A stretch of 64,000 nt of DNA, taken from NCBI GenBank assembly GCA_020056635.1, contig JAGVHI010000003.1, positions 28,638 to 92,637 of the forward strand. Reading direction: 5' to 3'. The stretch is from an archaeon (GTDB lineage Archaea > Micrarchaeota > Micrarchaeia > Anstonellales > Anstonellaceae). Of the stretch, positions 17,294 through 28,900 are shown in pieces. Made by a program: the position numbers and the translations under genes. Numbering within the stretch: position 1 is the stretch's first letter; the number at the start of each line of letters is the position of its first letter. Under the pieces are notes generated by a model that saw only the letters and a program-made list of their open reading frames with translations, had not been told where the DNA came from and ran no database searches.

Positions 17294-18523
17294 ATGCTGA
17301 AGCTTTTCAACACACTTAGCAGGAAAAAAGAGGAATTTGCGCCAAGGGAGCCAGACAGGGTGTCCCTATACACATGCGGGCCGTCTGTTTACAATTACTC
17401 GCACATTGGGAATTTCCGCACCTATGTGTTTTGGGATGTGCTCAAACGGTACTTGAAGTATAAGAGGTACCGCGTGCGGCACGTGATGAACATCACAGAT
17501 GTGGAGGACAAGACAGTTCGCATGGCAAGGAAGGAGGGAAAAGAGCTGCAGGAGTTTGTGAAGCCGAAAATTGCAAGGTTCCTTTTGGATATGGCTGCGC
17601 TCAATATCCAAAGGCCGCAAGTGGTTGCGCCGGTTTCGAAAAACATCCCTGCAATCATTTCACTTATTTCAAAATTGGTTGCGAAAAAATACGCGTATGT
17701 TGCATCAGATGGAGTGTATTTCCGGGTTAGGAAATTTCGCGGCTATGGAAAATTAGGGGAGATAAGGAGAAATGCGATAAAGGAGGGGCGCAACAGGTTT
17801 GATGACTATGACAGGAGGTATGTTCGGGATTTCTGCCTATGGAAATTCAGCGATAAGGAACCGAACTGGAAGTCCCCTTGGGGCAGGGGGAGGCCGGGCT
17901 GGCATATTGAATGCTCCGCGATTGCAATGAAATATTTGGGGGAGCGGATGGATTTGCACTGCGGAGGGACTGATAATATTTTCCCGCACCATGAAAACGA
18001 GATTGCGCAGTCCGAGGCCGCAAGCGGGAAGATGCCGTTTGCGAAATACTGGCTGCATGCAAGGCACCTTACAATAAGGAAAAGGAAAATGTCCAAGAGG
18101 ACAGGGAATGTGGCATATGTGCATGAATTGATTCTGGAGGGGTATACGCCAAACTGCCTGCGGTTCTTTTTGCTCTCGCGCGGTTACCGCAGCAAGCTTG
18201 ATTACAATGAAAAGACGCTTGGGGAGGGAATGGGTTTCTGCAGGGCGTTTGGGAAGTGCGTGAAAAAGCTAAAGGAGATAAGGGGGAGCGGGAAGGGAAA
18301 TGGGATTGGAAAGGGCATGGTTTTGCGCATCCTTGCAATTGCAATTGGGAGATTCGAGCGTGCAATAGAATCTGACCTGAATACTAGGAGGGCGCTTCTT
18401 GCAGCGCTGGAAGTTGCAAACGAATGCGGGAGGCTCTCGCACAAAATGAGCTCAAAAGAGGCGGGGATTGCGCTTGGCGGGCTTAGGAAAATGGGGTTTG
18501 TGCTCGGGCTGAAATGGGATTAG
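17294..18523 (+). CDS. cysS: Cysteinyl-tRNA synthetase
   Basis: HIGH motif SHIGN, KMSKS motif KMSKRTGN, zinc-binding Cys. 409 aa is short, so the C-terminal domain is reduced. Confidence 0.9.
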   Translation: MLKLFNTLSRKKEEFAPREPDRVSLYTCGPSVYNYSHIGNFRTYVFWDVLKRYLKYKRYRVRHVMNITDVEDKTVRMARKEGKELQEFVKPKIARFLLDMAALNIQRPQVVAPVSKNIPAIISLISKLVAKKYAYVASDGVYFRVRKFRGYGKLGEIRRNAIKEGRNRFDDYDRRYVRDFCLWKFSDKEPNWKSPWGRGRPGWHIECSAIAMKYLGERMDLHCGGTDNIFPHHENEIAQSEAASGKMPFAKYWLHARHLTIRKRKMSKRTGNVAYVHELILEGYTPNCLRFFLLSRGYRSKLDYNEKTLGEGMGFCRAFGKCVKKLKEIRGSGKGNGIGKGMVLRILAIAIGRFERAIESDLNTRRALLAALEVANECGRLSHKMSSKEAGIALGGLRKMGFVLGLKWD

Positions 18524-18558
18524 GGGGATTTATTTGGCTGGGCTGTTAGCGCTTCGGA

Positions 18559-18888
18559 TTAGAGGGACTTCAAATCTGACATGTGGATGTGCTTGCCATT
18601 TGTTTCGAAGCGCTTTAGCTCTTTCTTTCCATCAAATAGGATTACGGTCGGGACAACAGTGACATTGAATGAATCCCAAATCGGGTTCTCATTCTCGTCT
18701 ATTTGAACTTCAAGTATTTGGTCGAATTTATGCCCCTCGCGCAAGTAAGTATCCCAAATGGGCTTGAACGCATGGCAGTCCGGGCACCAGCTTGCATGGA
18801 ACATTGCAAGCGTTTTCTTTCCAGGAACAAGTTGCGATTGCAGCCTGCCTAAGTCATCTGTTTGCGTTATTGCCATGCTCCGCCTCAT
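18559..18888 (-). CDS. Thioredoxin-fold protein
   Basis: WCPDC active-site motif. Confidence 0.6.
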   Translation of the reverse strand: MRRSMAITQTDDLGRLQSQLVPGKKTLAMFHASWCPDCHAFKPIWDTYLREGHKFDQILEVQIDENENPIWDSFNVTVVPTVILFDGKKELKRFETNGKHIHMSDLKSL

Positions 18889-20636
18889 GAATCGGTAACA
18901 TAGTAATACTCTCCCATTTCCTTCTGCTCCCGGTCAAGCACCGAACCCGCCTTATTAATTCTGGGCCTAAGCGTGCTCTTGTCCCTGCGAAGCGTGATTC
19001 CGAGAGCTGATAGGAACTTGTTCATCCCGTCGCGCTTTTTCATTGGGGCAGGAGCATGCCCATTTATTGATGCCTGCCCTTCGAACGGCATGATCCTGTT
19101 TGAGACAAGGTCTATCAGCACAACATCGTGGTCAACAACGAATGCCACTTTGTCAGTGTCTGCAATGACTGAGCGGAGCAGGTGCGCAAAGTGCAAGCGC
19201 TGCTCAATATCCAGGAATGCGGAGGGCTCATCGAAGAGGTAAATGTCAGCTTCTTGCGAAAGCGCGGTTGCGATTGAAACGCGCTGCAGTTCCCCCCCTG
19301 ACAGGTGCATCACGCTGCGCTCGAGCAATGAATGGAGCAATAGGCGGCGCTTGCATTCCTCGAGAACAAAAGAATTGAGGGGAAGCGAGTTGAAAAGGTC
19401 GAGCACGGTCATTTCGGTTTCAGCGCGTATGTACTGCGGCTTGTAGGAAACCTTTAGCTTTGGCAGCGGTGCGTCATTATCAGGGTGCTCGAGGCCTGCA
19501 AGCATCTTTATGAAAACCGTTTTGCCGACCGCGTTCCTCCCCACTATGCCAACAATTTCGCCAGCGTTCAATGAGCCCTCTTCGCAGGAGAGCGAGAAGG
19601 AATCAAACGACTTGCGCATTTCGGGGTAGGAGAGGATTGCTTTTCCCTTCCCTGCCTCAGCAGAATATTTCTCGAATTTTATCTCCTCTGTGCGGAAGCG
19701 CACATTCTCGGATTTGAGGTAGCCTTCCAAATACTCGCCTATCCCTGTGCGCGCGGATTTCACCCCTGAAACAACCCCGTATGCGTTCTCCTCCCCATAG
19801 AACACGTACACATAATCTGAAAGGTAATCAAAAAGCGCGAGGTCATGCTCCACTACGATTACTGGCTTTTGCTCGGAGAGGGATTGAATTAGGTTTGCCA
19901 TGGCAAGCCGCTGCTCAATGTCAAGGTAGGAGGCAGGTTCGTCGAAATAGTAAAGGTCCGCATCTTTTGAGTAGGCTGCCGCGATTGCGACACGCTGCAA
20001 TTCACCGCCCGAGAGGTGCCTTATTTCGCGCGATAGGATTGGGGAGATTGAGAGCTTTTCCACTGCAGTGTTCAGGCGAGCCTCGCTCATTTTTTCGGTT
20101 TTTTCGAACAGGTCGCTTACCGTACCCTTGAAAAGGTCAGTTATTTTCTCAATGTTCTGTGGCTTGTAGGAGATAGAGAGGCCGTTTTGCCCAAGCTTGG
20201 AAAAATATGCCTTTTGCTCTATGTTCATTTTTGCTTTCTGCTCCTCCCCGTCTATTGCCCCGAGGTTGGGCGCAAGCCTGCCTGAGAGTATTTTGATGGC
20301 AGTGGATTTGCCAATCCCGTTCTTTCCTATTAGGCCGACCACCCCGGTTTTTTGCGGGAGCGGCATGTTGTATAGGCGAAAGGAGTTTATGCCGTAGGAA
20401 TGGAAAGGCTCGGTGAGCTCCTGAGCCAAATTGATAATTGTGATTGCGTCTACAGGGCAGCGCTTGGGGCAGATGCCGCAGCCTGTGCAAAGCATTTCTG
20501 AAATGACAGGCCAGCCTTCGGAATCCACAGTGACCGTCTCGTCGCCCATGCGCACGCCCGGGCACACCTTGACGCAGATGTACCCGCATTTCTCGCGTAT
20601 GCACTTGCTGCGGTCGACTATTGCAATCCTGCTCAT
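18885..20636 (-). CDS. ABCE1 / RNase L inhibitor homologue (ribosome recycling factor)
   Basis: N-terminal double 4Fe-4S ferredoxin (CTGCGICPKRCP) followed by two ABC ATPase domains. Confidence 0.9.
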   Translation of the reverse strand: MSRIAIVDRSKCIREKCGYICVKVCPGVRMGDETVTVDSEGWPVISEMLCTGCGICPKRCPVDAITIINLAQELTEPFHSYGINSFRLYNMPLPQKTGVVGLIGKNGIGKSTAIKILSGRLAPNLGAIDGEEQKAKMNIEQKAYFSKLGQNGLSISYKPQNIEKITDLFKGTVSDLFEKTEKMSEARLNTAVEKLSISPILSREIRHLSGGELQRVAIAAAYSKDADLYYFDEPASYLDIEQRLAMANLIQSLSEQKPVIVVEHDLALFDYLSDYVYVFYGEENAYGVVSGVKSARTGIGEYLEGYLKSENVRFRTEEIKFEKYSAEAGKGKAILSYPEMRKSFDSFSLSCEEGSLNAGEIVGIVGRNAVGKTVFIKMLAGLEHPDNDAPLPKLKVSYKPQYIRAETEMTVLDLFNSLPLNSFVLEECKRRLLLHSLLERSVMHLSGGELQRVSIATALSQEADIYLFDEPSAFLDIEQRLHFAHLLRSVIADTDKVAFVVDHDVVLIDLVSNRIMPFEGQASINGHAPAPMKKRDGMNKFLSALGITLRRDKSTLRPRINKAGSVLDREQKEMGEYYYVTDS

Positions 20637-20773
20637 GGCTAAGTTCCTCTAAAGCTTATTTCGCAAACTAGGATAAAAAGGGTATTCCCAGTGGAAGTCT
20701 TACATTTTCTATACATTTTAGCCCACTCCTTTATAAACCACTTTTGGCTAAATATAAGCGGGAGGTGGAGACG

Positions 20774-21907
20774 ATGGCTGGAGCAGGTGCAACGGCAGTT
20801 ATATGCAACAAAGAACGGCAGCCGCCTTACCAGGGAAGCAGGCCGATTGACCGGAACATGAACGTGCTTACAGTATTGAATGGGCTCAAGCTTTCGCCAG
20901 ACAGGTATTCGCTTCTTGCGCTTGATTTTACCGGAGCGGCGCCCCTTTCAAAGGACGAGCTTTTGGGGATTGCTGCACTAATAAGCCAGCGGGATTCCTC
21001 AAATCCGAAAAAGCAGGAGATTGCGCAAAAGAAAATTGCCGAGCTTGAGGCAAGGCTCGACACTTACCAGAAGGTGAGGCAGGGTTTTGAAGCTGCTGGC
21101 ATTGGAGAGGAGGAGCAGGCTGTGAGAAAGGCAAGAAGGGATGAGGAATTCCTGCGCACCATTAAAAACTTCCTGGAGAGCCTTGCAAACGTGGTTGGAG
21201 ATAACAAAGGCCAGGTGAATTCCGAGAAGAAAACTATTGCAGAAAATAGGGACCTGATGCGAAAGCCTTGGGAGGATGCGGCAGGCAGCGGAAAAAGCCT
21301 GGCAAAAACAGTTGCAAGCATGGTTGGCTCTTCGCTCGTGTTCGGCGCGGGTGGCTTTGCGCTTGCCAAAACCGAAGTATTGAACTTCCTGACGAAAATA
21401 GTCCCCCAGTTCGTGAACTCGGTCTATGGCATAGTGGCGGGATTTGCAGCACTCGGGATTGCATTCGGCCCGCTCATTGTGGATTCCTATATCCAGGGCA
21501 TGCAGGCACGGATAAATAGGAAAGCAGGGAAGAGGATTAGGAAACAGGATGATATTGAGAGGGATTTCCTTGCAAAAAGGCTGCGTGTGCTGGAGATAAA
21601 GGTGATGCAGCTTTATGCGCAGTATCACTACCTTGAGGACTTAAATCTCATGGCGCCTTCAAAAAAGGTGGTTGATTGGGCAATCAATGGGAACTGGGTG
21701 GAGCTGAATAGGTATATCTCAAAGGCAATACGCAAGATCGAGCAGGGGATATTTGGGAGGATGCTTGATCGGATCTGGTGGAAGAGGAATGGCGAGGGAA
21801 TTGTGGATTTCATCAAGCAGACCAAGACAGATGTGTCTGCTATTGACGGCTCGACTGACACCACCATAGTTGCTGACAAAGCTAATCCGCCGCCCACAGG
21901 CGGATAG
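20774..21907 (+). CDS. Hypothetical protein with a central GxxxG-rich hydrophobic segment
   Basis: Start moved to the ATG 40 bp downstream of tttataaa at 20727. Coiled-coil N-terminus, then a hydrophobic Gly-rich patch, then a basic C-terminus. Confidence 0.5.
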   Translation: MAGAGATAVICNKERQPPYQGSRPIDRNMNVLTVLNGLKLSPDRYSLLALDFTGAAPLSKDELLGIAALISQRDSSNPKKQEIAQKKIAELEARLDTYQKVRQGFEAAGIGEEEQAVRKARRDEEFLRTIKNFLESLANVVGDNKGQVNSEKKTIAENRDLMRKPWEDAAGSGKSLAKTVASMVGSSLVFGAGGFALAKTEVLNFLTKIVPQFVNSVYGIVAGFAALGIAFGPLIVDSYIQGMQARINRKAGKRIRKQDDIERDFLAKRLRVLEIKVMQLYAQYHYLEDLNLMAPSKKVVDWAINGNWVELNRYISKAIRKIEQGIFGRMLDRIWWKRNGEGIVDFIKQTKTDVSAIDGSTDTTIVADKANPPPTGG

Positions 21908-21940
21908 CATTAATTAACCTCCTTTTCCCTTTTTCTATTC

Positions 21941-22981
21941 ATGAGAATACTCAAGCAAAGCAAGGAGGAGGGGCTCGTAAAGCTCGAGCCTGAGAACCTT
22001 GAGGACCTGTGGCACATCGAGCGGGTACTGGAAGAAGGGGACAGGATTAGGAGCAGGAGCTTTAGGAGGTTCAAAACTACAGAGGGGGAAGCGGGGGAGA
22101 AGAAGCCCATCAATGTTGAGATTGATGCTGAGAAAATCGAGTTTGCAAAATTTGCGAACAGACTGCGCGTCACAGGGCAGATTATTTCTGGGACGCCTGA
22201 GGAGTTTGTGCAGATTGGCTCGTACCATACGGTGGATATTGAGCCGGGATTTGCGTTCACGCTGGTGAAAAAAAGGTGGAAGAATTACCAGATTGAAAGG
22301 CTGCGGCAGGCAGTGGTTGAAACCAAGAGGCCCCGCGTTGCGCTTGTTGTGCTTGATGATGAGAAAGCAATTTTTGCAACGCTTAGGGGCTATGGGGTGG
22401 AGTTTGAATTTGAGCTTGAGGCAAAGGCATCAAAGCGGGATGAGAAGTATGAGGAGAAAATTAAGGAATACTTTGGCGAGATTTACAAGAAAGTTGCAAG
22501 CTATGAAGTGGGAACCATAATCATTGCAGGGCCTGGTTTTACAAAGGATAATTTGCGCGAGTTCATTGCGAAAAAGGATAAGGAATTGCTCAAGAAAATC
22601 GTGTTTGAAAGCTGTTCTTATGCAGAGAGGAGCGGAGTGTATGAATTGCTGAAAAAAGGGGTTGTGGGAATAGCAACAGAGGCGCAGCACTTTGAGCAGG
22701 AAGTGAAAGCCATTGAGGAGCTCATGATGCATATTGGGAAGGATGATGGAATGTGCGCATATGGGATTGGAGAAGTGAAGGATGTGGTAATGGCTTCTGC
22801 GGTTATTCGGATTTTTGTGCTTGATGAGGTGTTAAGGAGCAATAAGGAAGTGGAATCCGTGATCGAGCTTGCGGAAAAGAAGAAGGTGGAATTGCTTATT
22901 TTCTCGCATGAGGGCGAGCCTGGCAGGAAATTGAATGGGCTGGGTGGATTGGCTGCGATACTGAAGTTTCGGATAAGCTGA
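21941..22981 (+). CDS. pelA: Pelota/Dom34 (mRNA surveillance, ribosome rescue)
   Basis: MRILKQSKEEGLVKLEPENLEDLWH... with the eRF1-like domain architecture, 346 aa. Confidence 0.85.
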   Translation: MRILKQSKEEGLVKLEPENLEDLWHIERVLEEGDRIRSRSFRRFKTTEGEAGEKKPINVEIDAEKIEFAKFANRLRVTGQIISGTPEEFVQIGSYHTVDIEPGFAFTLVKKRWKNYQIERLRQAVVETKRPRVALVVLDDEKAIFATLRGYGVEFEFELEAKASKRDEKYEEKIKEYFGEIYKKVASYEVGTIIIAGPGFTKDNLREFIAKKDKELLKKIVFESCSYAERSGVYELLKKGVVGIATEAQHFEQEVKAIEELMMHIGKDDGMCAYGIGEVKDVVMASAVIRIFVLDEVLRSNKEVESVIELAEKKKVELLIFSHEGEPGRKLNGLGGLAAILKFRIS

Positions 22982-23059
22982 ATTTAGTTTTTTCCCGAAT
23001 CATTTGGGAGTATTTTTATACAGAGCGGGAGCTAGTTCCATGCGAGGGAGGGGATTGGA

Positions 23060-24487
23060 ATGAAGAGCGGAATTATTGCATTTGCGGTTCTGGCTGTTTT
23101 TGCGGGATTGGCTGTGGCAGGTTCGTTCACAGCCCCTATTTCAGATGTTACAATATATGGGAGCAATGCCGCTTATGTCATGAGGTATGGGAATGCGGAA
23201 TTGGGGCAGGGGAGTAATTACCTTGCGCTTGAGAATTTCTCAACTAGCGCGGATATAGGGACATTGGATGCATTCGGGAATGGGGTTTCGGTTGCGGAGT
23301 ACAAGCGGTATATTGAGGAAACTAGGGAGAATAGGAGCAGGTTTTTGACGGTTGAGGAGCTGCTGAACAAATCGGTTGGCAAAAGCGTCACAATAATTAC
23401 GGAGAGGGGGCAGGAAAGCGGAAAATTGGTGTGGTATGCAACCGGTTTTGTCGGGCTTGCGTCCAATTCAGGAGGGTCGCTTCTTGTGTACAGGATTGAG
23501 GATATCAGGCAGTTGATTGCGCCAGCAGCAGAATATGAAAAAAGCGAGGAGATAAAAAATGTGAAAAACGGGCTTGGAGTAACCCTTGATGCGGAAAAGG
23601 GGGGAGCGGCAAAAATCGGGCTGGGCTATGTTGATTACGGCGCAAGCTGGAGCGCGGGCTACCGCGTAAGGCTTTCATCGGATTCCCCAAGCGGAATTCT
23701 TGAGCTTTCTGGGTTTGCAAATGTGCAAAATAGCATGTATGAGGATTGGGAGAACGCGAGCCTGAGGGTGGTAGTGGGCTCGCCCTACATGACACGGAAC
23801 TACATGCCATATCGGAGCTATTACCTGAATAACATGAAAGCCCAGGATGCATATGAAATGGTTGGGGCTGCATCGCCTGCGCCAAGCGCGCCTGATGTGG
23901 GAACATCTGACCTGTCGAATTACTATGTTTATTCGCTGAACAGGAAAGTGACTTTGAAGAATGGGGAGAGCGCAAGCGTGCCGCTCCTGAATGCAAAAAT
24001 AGCCTATGTGAGGGAGAATGTTTGGGACACGGACATGGTTGCGCCGCAGCGGGTGCTCAAATTCAACAATACCGCATCGGCGCCGCTTGCGTCAGGTGTA
24101 GCAAGCGTGTATTTGGGAACTGAATTCCTGGGGCAGGCAAGCGCGGCTTTTGCGGGAAGGGGGAATCCGGTTGAATTTGCATATGCGTCAATGCCTGAGT
24201 TCACAGTGAAAAAGGAGCTTTCGCAGGAGACTTCGGTTGTTGGGAATGCGAGGATTACTGCATACTTGGGAAACCTCACGATAAAGAATGGGGGGAGCAA
24301 AGAGGAGGAGGTTGTGGTGCGCGAGCAGATGAATTACGGGGACAAGGTCGAGTTCGTAAGCTCGGATGCGCCATCATCCGTAAAGCCCGGCAATGTGATT
24401 GAGTGGAGGGTAAAGGTGCCAGCGGGAGTTGAGAAAAAAATCGCGTATGAGTACAGGACAATCTATTACCAGCAGAAGTATTACTAG
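23060..24487 (+). CDS. Secreted hypothetical protein (signal peptide)
   Basis: N-terminal signal MKSGIIAFAVLAVFAGLAVAG, 475 aa. A T-rich tract and a hairpin follow at 24490-24560. Confidence 0.5.
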   Translation: MKSGIIAFAVLAVFAGLAVAGSFTAPISDVTIYGSNAAYVMRYGNAELGQGSNYLALENFSTSADIGTLDAFGNGVSVAEYKRYIEETRENRSRFLTVEELLNKSVGKSVTIITERGQESGKLVWYATGFVGLASNSGGSLLVYRIEDIRQLIAPAAEYEKSEEIKNVKNGLGVTLDAEKGGAAKIGLGYVDYGASWSAGYRVRLSSDSPSGILELSGFANVQNSMYEDWENASLRVVVGSPYMTRNYMPYRSYYLNNMKAQDAYEMVGAASPAPSAPDVGTSDLSNYYVYSLNRKVTLKNGESASVPLLNAKIAYVRENVWDTDMVAPQRVLKFNNTASAPLASGVASVYLGTEFLGQASAAFAGRGNPVEFAYASMPEFTVKKELSQETSVVGNARITAYLGNLTIKNGGSKEEEVVVREQMNYGDKVEFVSSDAPSSVKPGNVIEWRVKVPAGVEKKIAYEYRTIYYQQKYY

Positions 24488-24583
24488 AGCGCCCTCTTTT
24501 TCTTTCTTTTTTCCCGTTCCCCATTTCAGCCCATCCCTTTCGGATGGGCGCTAGTTTAAATAAGAAGAGCGAGAGATTGCCAT

Positions 24584-25030
24584 ATGCGTTTCTTGCGAGG
24601 GCAGGTCACAAGCGAAACCATGATAATACTGGGCATGTCGCTCATAGTCATACTTATTGCCGCCGTGCTTGCAAACCAGTACCTCACAGACCTTAATGCG
24701 CAGAAGGCGAGCAATGAGGCGCGGCTTGCGGTCGGCGATCTGGCAAGTGCGGCAAACTCCGTGTGGCGGCAGGGGATTGGGGCAAAGAAAAGGGTTTTGG
24801 TTAAAATCCCGTCAGGGGTTAATTCAAGCAACAACGTCACTTTCATCGGCAGGCCGGCAAACGACAGCTCGTCGCCAATGAGAACAATAAACATCAGGTT
24901 CTCATACGGAGATGTTGCGGCAAGCACTGATGTTGATGTTAATGGGACCATGCCAGCCAACCCAGGGGGCTATTCGCTCTGGGTGATTTCGCGCGACACT
25001 TATGTTTACATTGGCAACAGCTCAAGCTAG
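24584..25030 (+). CDS. Archaeal type-IV-pilin-like protein (class III signal peptide)
   Basis: N-terminus MRFLRGQVTSETMIILGMSLIVILIAAV: basic residues, then G|Q, then Glu at +5, then a hydrophobic helix. Confidence 0.65.
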   Translation: MRFLRGQVTSETMIILGMSLIVILIAAVLANQYLTDLNAQKASNEARLAVGDLASAANSVWRQGIGAKKRVLVKIPSGVNSSNNVTFIGRPANDSSSPMRTINIRFSYGDVAASTDVDVNGTMPANPGGYSLWVISRDTYVYIGNSSS

Positions 25031-25040
25031 GTGGAGTTGA

Positions 25041-25430
25041 ATGAGTAAAGCCCAAGCATCGGCCGAGCTTGTAGTTGTGGTGAGCGCACTCATGCTCATC
25101 TTCCTGCTCATTTTCATGATAAAGTCTTCGTACGATGATTCCACCAAAGATTATATCGAGAGGCTTGAGGCTGAGAGGATTGCAAAACAATACACCGACC
25201 TTGTGAACTACGTGGCGCTTGGGGGGCATGGGACAGAGGTTGCCGTGGTGAACACAGAGGGGCCTTACTATACAATCACATTCAATGGCACCATAACAGT
25301 GAACAGTTCGAGAGCGGTGTCAGTGCAGGCCCCAATCACAAGGAGAATGCCGGTTGATGCTTCGATTACAGGGGCAGGCAGGGTGAGGATTTACAACCAG
25401 AACGGTGAGGTTTATGTAGTGGTGAGCTAG
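25041..25430 (+). CDS. Archaeal type-IV-pilin-like protein (class III signal peptide)
   Basis: MSKAQASAELVVVVSALMLIFLLIF. Confidence 0.6.
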   Translation: MSKAQASAELVVVVSALMLIFLLIFMIKSSYDDSTKDYIERLEAERIAKQYTDLVNYVALGGHGTEVAVVNTEGPYYTITFNGTITVNSSRAVSVQAPITRRMPVDASITGAGRVRIYNQNGEVYVVVS

Positions 25431-25431
25431 C

Positions 25432-25926
25432 ATGAGGGGGCAGGGAATAATATTCGATTTTGTGGTGTCGCTTTCGTTCTTCGTAGTGGGCGTGGTGATA
25501 ATGGTCGGGGCGCTTGATATGCTAGGCGAGAGGATGGAGAAGGAGAGGGATTATGCAAACGTGGCGCGGGCGGCCTACTTCGCATCCGAGAGCCTGCTCT
25601 CGCTTGGGAGCCCAGAAAACTGGAACACCAATGTACTTGCGCTAAACCAGATCCAGGTCGGGTTAGGGGCTGCGCCCGGTGAGCTGCATGGGGCAAAAAT
25701 ACGGAATTTCGCCGCCCTCAATGCAACGGATTATGACGGCCTGCGCTCGGCGCTTGGAGTCGGAAAATATGATCTTTATGTGAATATCACGCAACTGCAA
25801 GGCAATCAGAGCTATCTTGTGGGAAAGTTCTTTGACGAGTCGTATGGGGATTTTGATTATAGGGTGGAGAGGTATGCGCTTTTAGACGGCAACCTCACTA
25901 GGGTAGTGGTTGGAGTTTGGAAGTGA
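25432..25926 (+). CDS. Archaeal type-IV-pilin-like protein (class III signal peptide)
   Basis: MRGQGIIFDFVVSLSFFVVGVVIMVGAL. Confidence 0.55.
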   Translation: MRGQGIIFDFVVSLSFFVVGVVIMVGALDMLGERMEKERDYANVARAAYFASESLLSLGSPENWNTNVLALNQIQVGLGAAPGELHGAKIRNFAALNATDYDGLRSALGVGKYDLYVNITQLQGNQSYLVGKFFDESYGDFDYRVERYALLDGNLTRVVVGVWK

Positions 25927-25933
25927 TTTGCCA

Positions 25934-28900
25934 ATGAAAAAGAGCGGGTTTGTGATATCGTTCGAGGCGCTTACAGCGCTGCTCCTGGTATTCGCCACAC
26001 TGTCGCTCATGTATGCCGCGATGAGGGACGCCCCTGCCCCAAGGGAAATAGGCTCCGAGCACAACATCGAGGCGATTGCAAGCGACATCTCGGTCCTCTC
26101 CGGGCTAGTGTACGGGAAAAACCTGAGTACTGGGAGCGCGGACCAGGTGAGCTTCCTTCTCTACCGGCTCCAACCCGGGCTGTGCGCAAGAGTTTATCTT
26201 GTGGAGAATGGCACGGGAGGATATTTTGATTCTGTTTCGAGCGGGGATTGTAGGTTGCCTACTGAGGGGAGCAACCCCGCGCCGCCCATTGCGTATTGGA
26301 CGTTTGACGCAAAGCAGGTGAGGGGCGCCAATGCATCGAACTCCACCTATGCGCTTGATGCAAGCGGAGGAGGTTATGACTGCATTGTAGGAGGGCAAGC
26401 GAGCGATGTCGGGAGCAAGAGTGCGATGCCTGGCAAGCTTGAACGCGAGAGTTGCAGGCGCAAGGGGTGCTACTCCTTCGATGCGGTGGACGACCAGCTC
26501 TCATGCCAGAACTACAGCAGGCTTATGCATGTGACTGCGAGCGATTTCACAATCGGCGGGTGGATCTATCCGAATCCTACAGGCGTCGGCCCAAGCTATG
26601 TTATCCATTCCGGGGAAGGGAGCACTGAGGAGTTCGAGGTCAGGTATTATCCTGCCAGCAGCACCATATCCGCCCGGATTTATGCCCCGCGCAATGGGAC
26701 CGTGAATGCCACGTTGCACCCGCTGGGATGGCATCATTTTGCAGCAGTGGGCAGGGGCTCGAACCTGTCGCTTTATGTTGATGGGGAATACACAAACAGC
26801 ACTGGCATGACTGACAATGGCTTACCGTACATTTCGAAAATATATATGGGGGACGGGTTCAACGGGACCATTGATGAGCTTAAGATTTTCGACCGCGGGC
26901 TGACCGCGGCTCAAGTGCGCGAGGAGGCGGAATATAGGGTGTTTGGCAAGTATGGCTTTGACTATGATTTGCGTGCGCCCTTCTCACACGGCATGGCAGT
27001 GGATGAGAGCGGGAACTGGAATGATTTGAAAGTGAGGGGCAACGCGACGCAGAACATTTCTGAGATGGGCGGGCTGGCATTCAATTTCCCGGGCCCGATG
27101 GGCGGAAGCTCGCTTGAGAATACCACAATTGCGAACTTTACCCAGACAACAGTGATGATGCGGATCAAGCAGAGGTCATACGGCAATTCAACGAATTGGC
27201 CCGGGTTGGCAGCAAGAAGTGGCAGCTTCGCGTTCTATTCAAACACCACTGTAGGAGGCGGGCTTGTACTACTGGTGTGGAATGCAACAGGCGGCGTTAT
27301 ACGAATACCGTCATTGTTACCCCAGGTTCCGCTTGACGAGTGGCACCATGTCGCGTTCACGTATGCAGGTAAGAACGCAACAATCTATCTTGATGGAGTT
27401 GGAGCGAACAGCAGCGACGCGATATACCCATACAATTTAACGCTGTCTGGAACGCAAGGTCCGCTGCAGATTGGCACGACAAATTTCGGTGTGCATGATT
27501 TCAACGGGACAATGGATGATGTGAGGGTTTATTCAAGGGCGCTTGGTGCGAGTGAAATCGAGTCAGCATATAGGGGCTATGTTGAGCACCCTGCCATATA
27601 TGAGAGTAAATCGTTGTTTGGGGCAACATACGCGAAAATTGGCGGGCTCCTTGGAACGATAAACAGGACAGCCGCGTTCTATTCGTTTGACCTTAATGCG
27701 ACTGGCAACATCACAAATGACTCCTCCCCCAATGTCTTGAATGGGCTTGTAGGTGAGGGAATTGCCCAGAAGATGCCGTACCTAAACCGCTCCAATAATA
27801 GCCCAATTGGGAATGATTACCTGAGGCTGCAGAATTTGTCCGCGTTCTACGAGTTTGACGGGGTGAATGACACCATAGCGGTGCCGAGCAATAGCCTGCT
27901 GCAGAACCCTGCTGATTTGACCGTGGAGGCGTGGGTCAGGCCCAAAAACAACGTTCCAGCAAACCAGATTGTGGCATCGTACTTAAATTCTGCAGACAAT
28001 ACTGGATGGGAGCTTAGGCTTGTTGATTCTGGGGGAACACTAAATCAGGTGATAAGGAGGGGCGATGGGGGCGGAACCTCAATCCTCACTGGGAGCGAAG
28101 CAGTCTGGGTCAACAGGTGGAGCTACATCGCTGCGACATTTTCCAGGGCAGAGGGCTCAAAGCTGTATAGGAATGGGATGCTTGTTGGGGGCAATTCAAG
28201 CGATACTGGCCCATGGCCGAACCCAACATTGAGCAATTTCACAATAGGGGGAAACGCATCAGGTTGTGCAACTTGCTTCTTCAACGGGAGCATTGATGAG
28301 GTGAGGCTGTACAACAAGAGCCTGAGCGAAAAGCAGATTTATGAAAGGTACTATCTTCGCGCAAGCTATTCGTTTGATGCCAACAATTCAACCACAGGGT
28401 TCTTCGTGAACGACAGCTCGGTTTACAAGGGGCATTGCAGGCTGGTGAACGGCACTTGGAACAGCACCGGTGGCATTTTGGGCAGGTTCTATGAATTCAA
28501 CGGGAGTACGGGTTCTGGGTTGAACTGCAGCAATTCAAGCTCAAGCAGCATCGTCGCGCTGGGTAACAGGACTGTGATGATGTGGTTTAGGCTGCGGGAG
28601 CCAAGTACCGTATCAGATTATTCGTATATCCTATTTTCACGAGGCCAGATTACATGGGACACCCTTGCGATAAATTCAAGCAGGACTATATTGACGTATT
28701 CGCACTCTTCGCCAACTGGGGTAAGTGTCATAGGCGCTCCAGTAACTCCCCTCTTTAGGGAGGTTCCAAAAAACCAGTGGCTGCATGCTGCCGTATCGTA
28801 CAACAATGCCAGTAAGGAAACCCGAGTTTACTTGAACGGGGTTATGCTTGGGAAAATTGCAAATGACACAGTCACATCCAATGAAGATATCCTCTATGTT

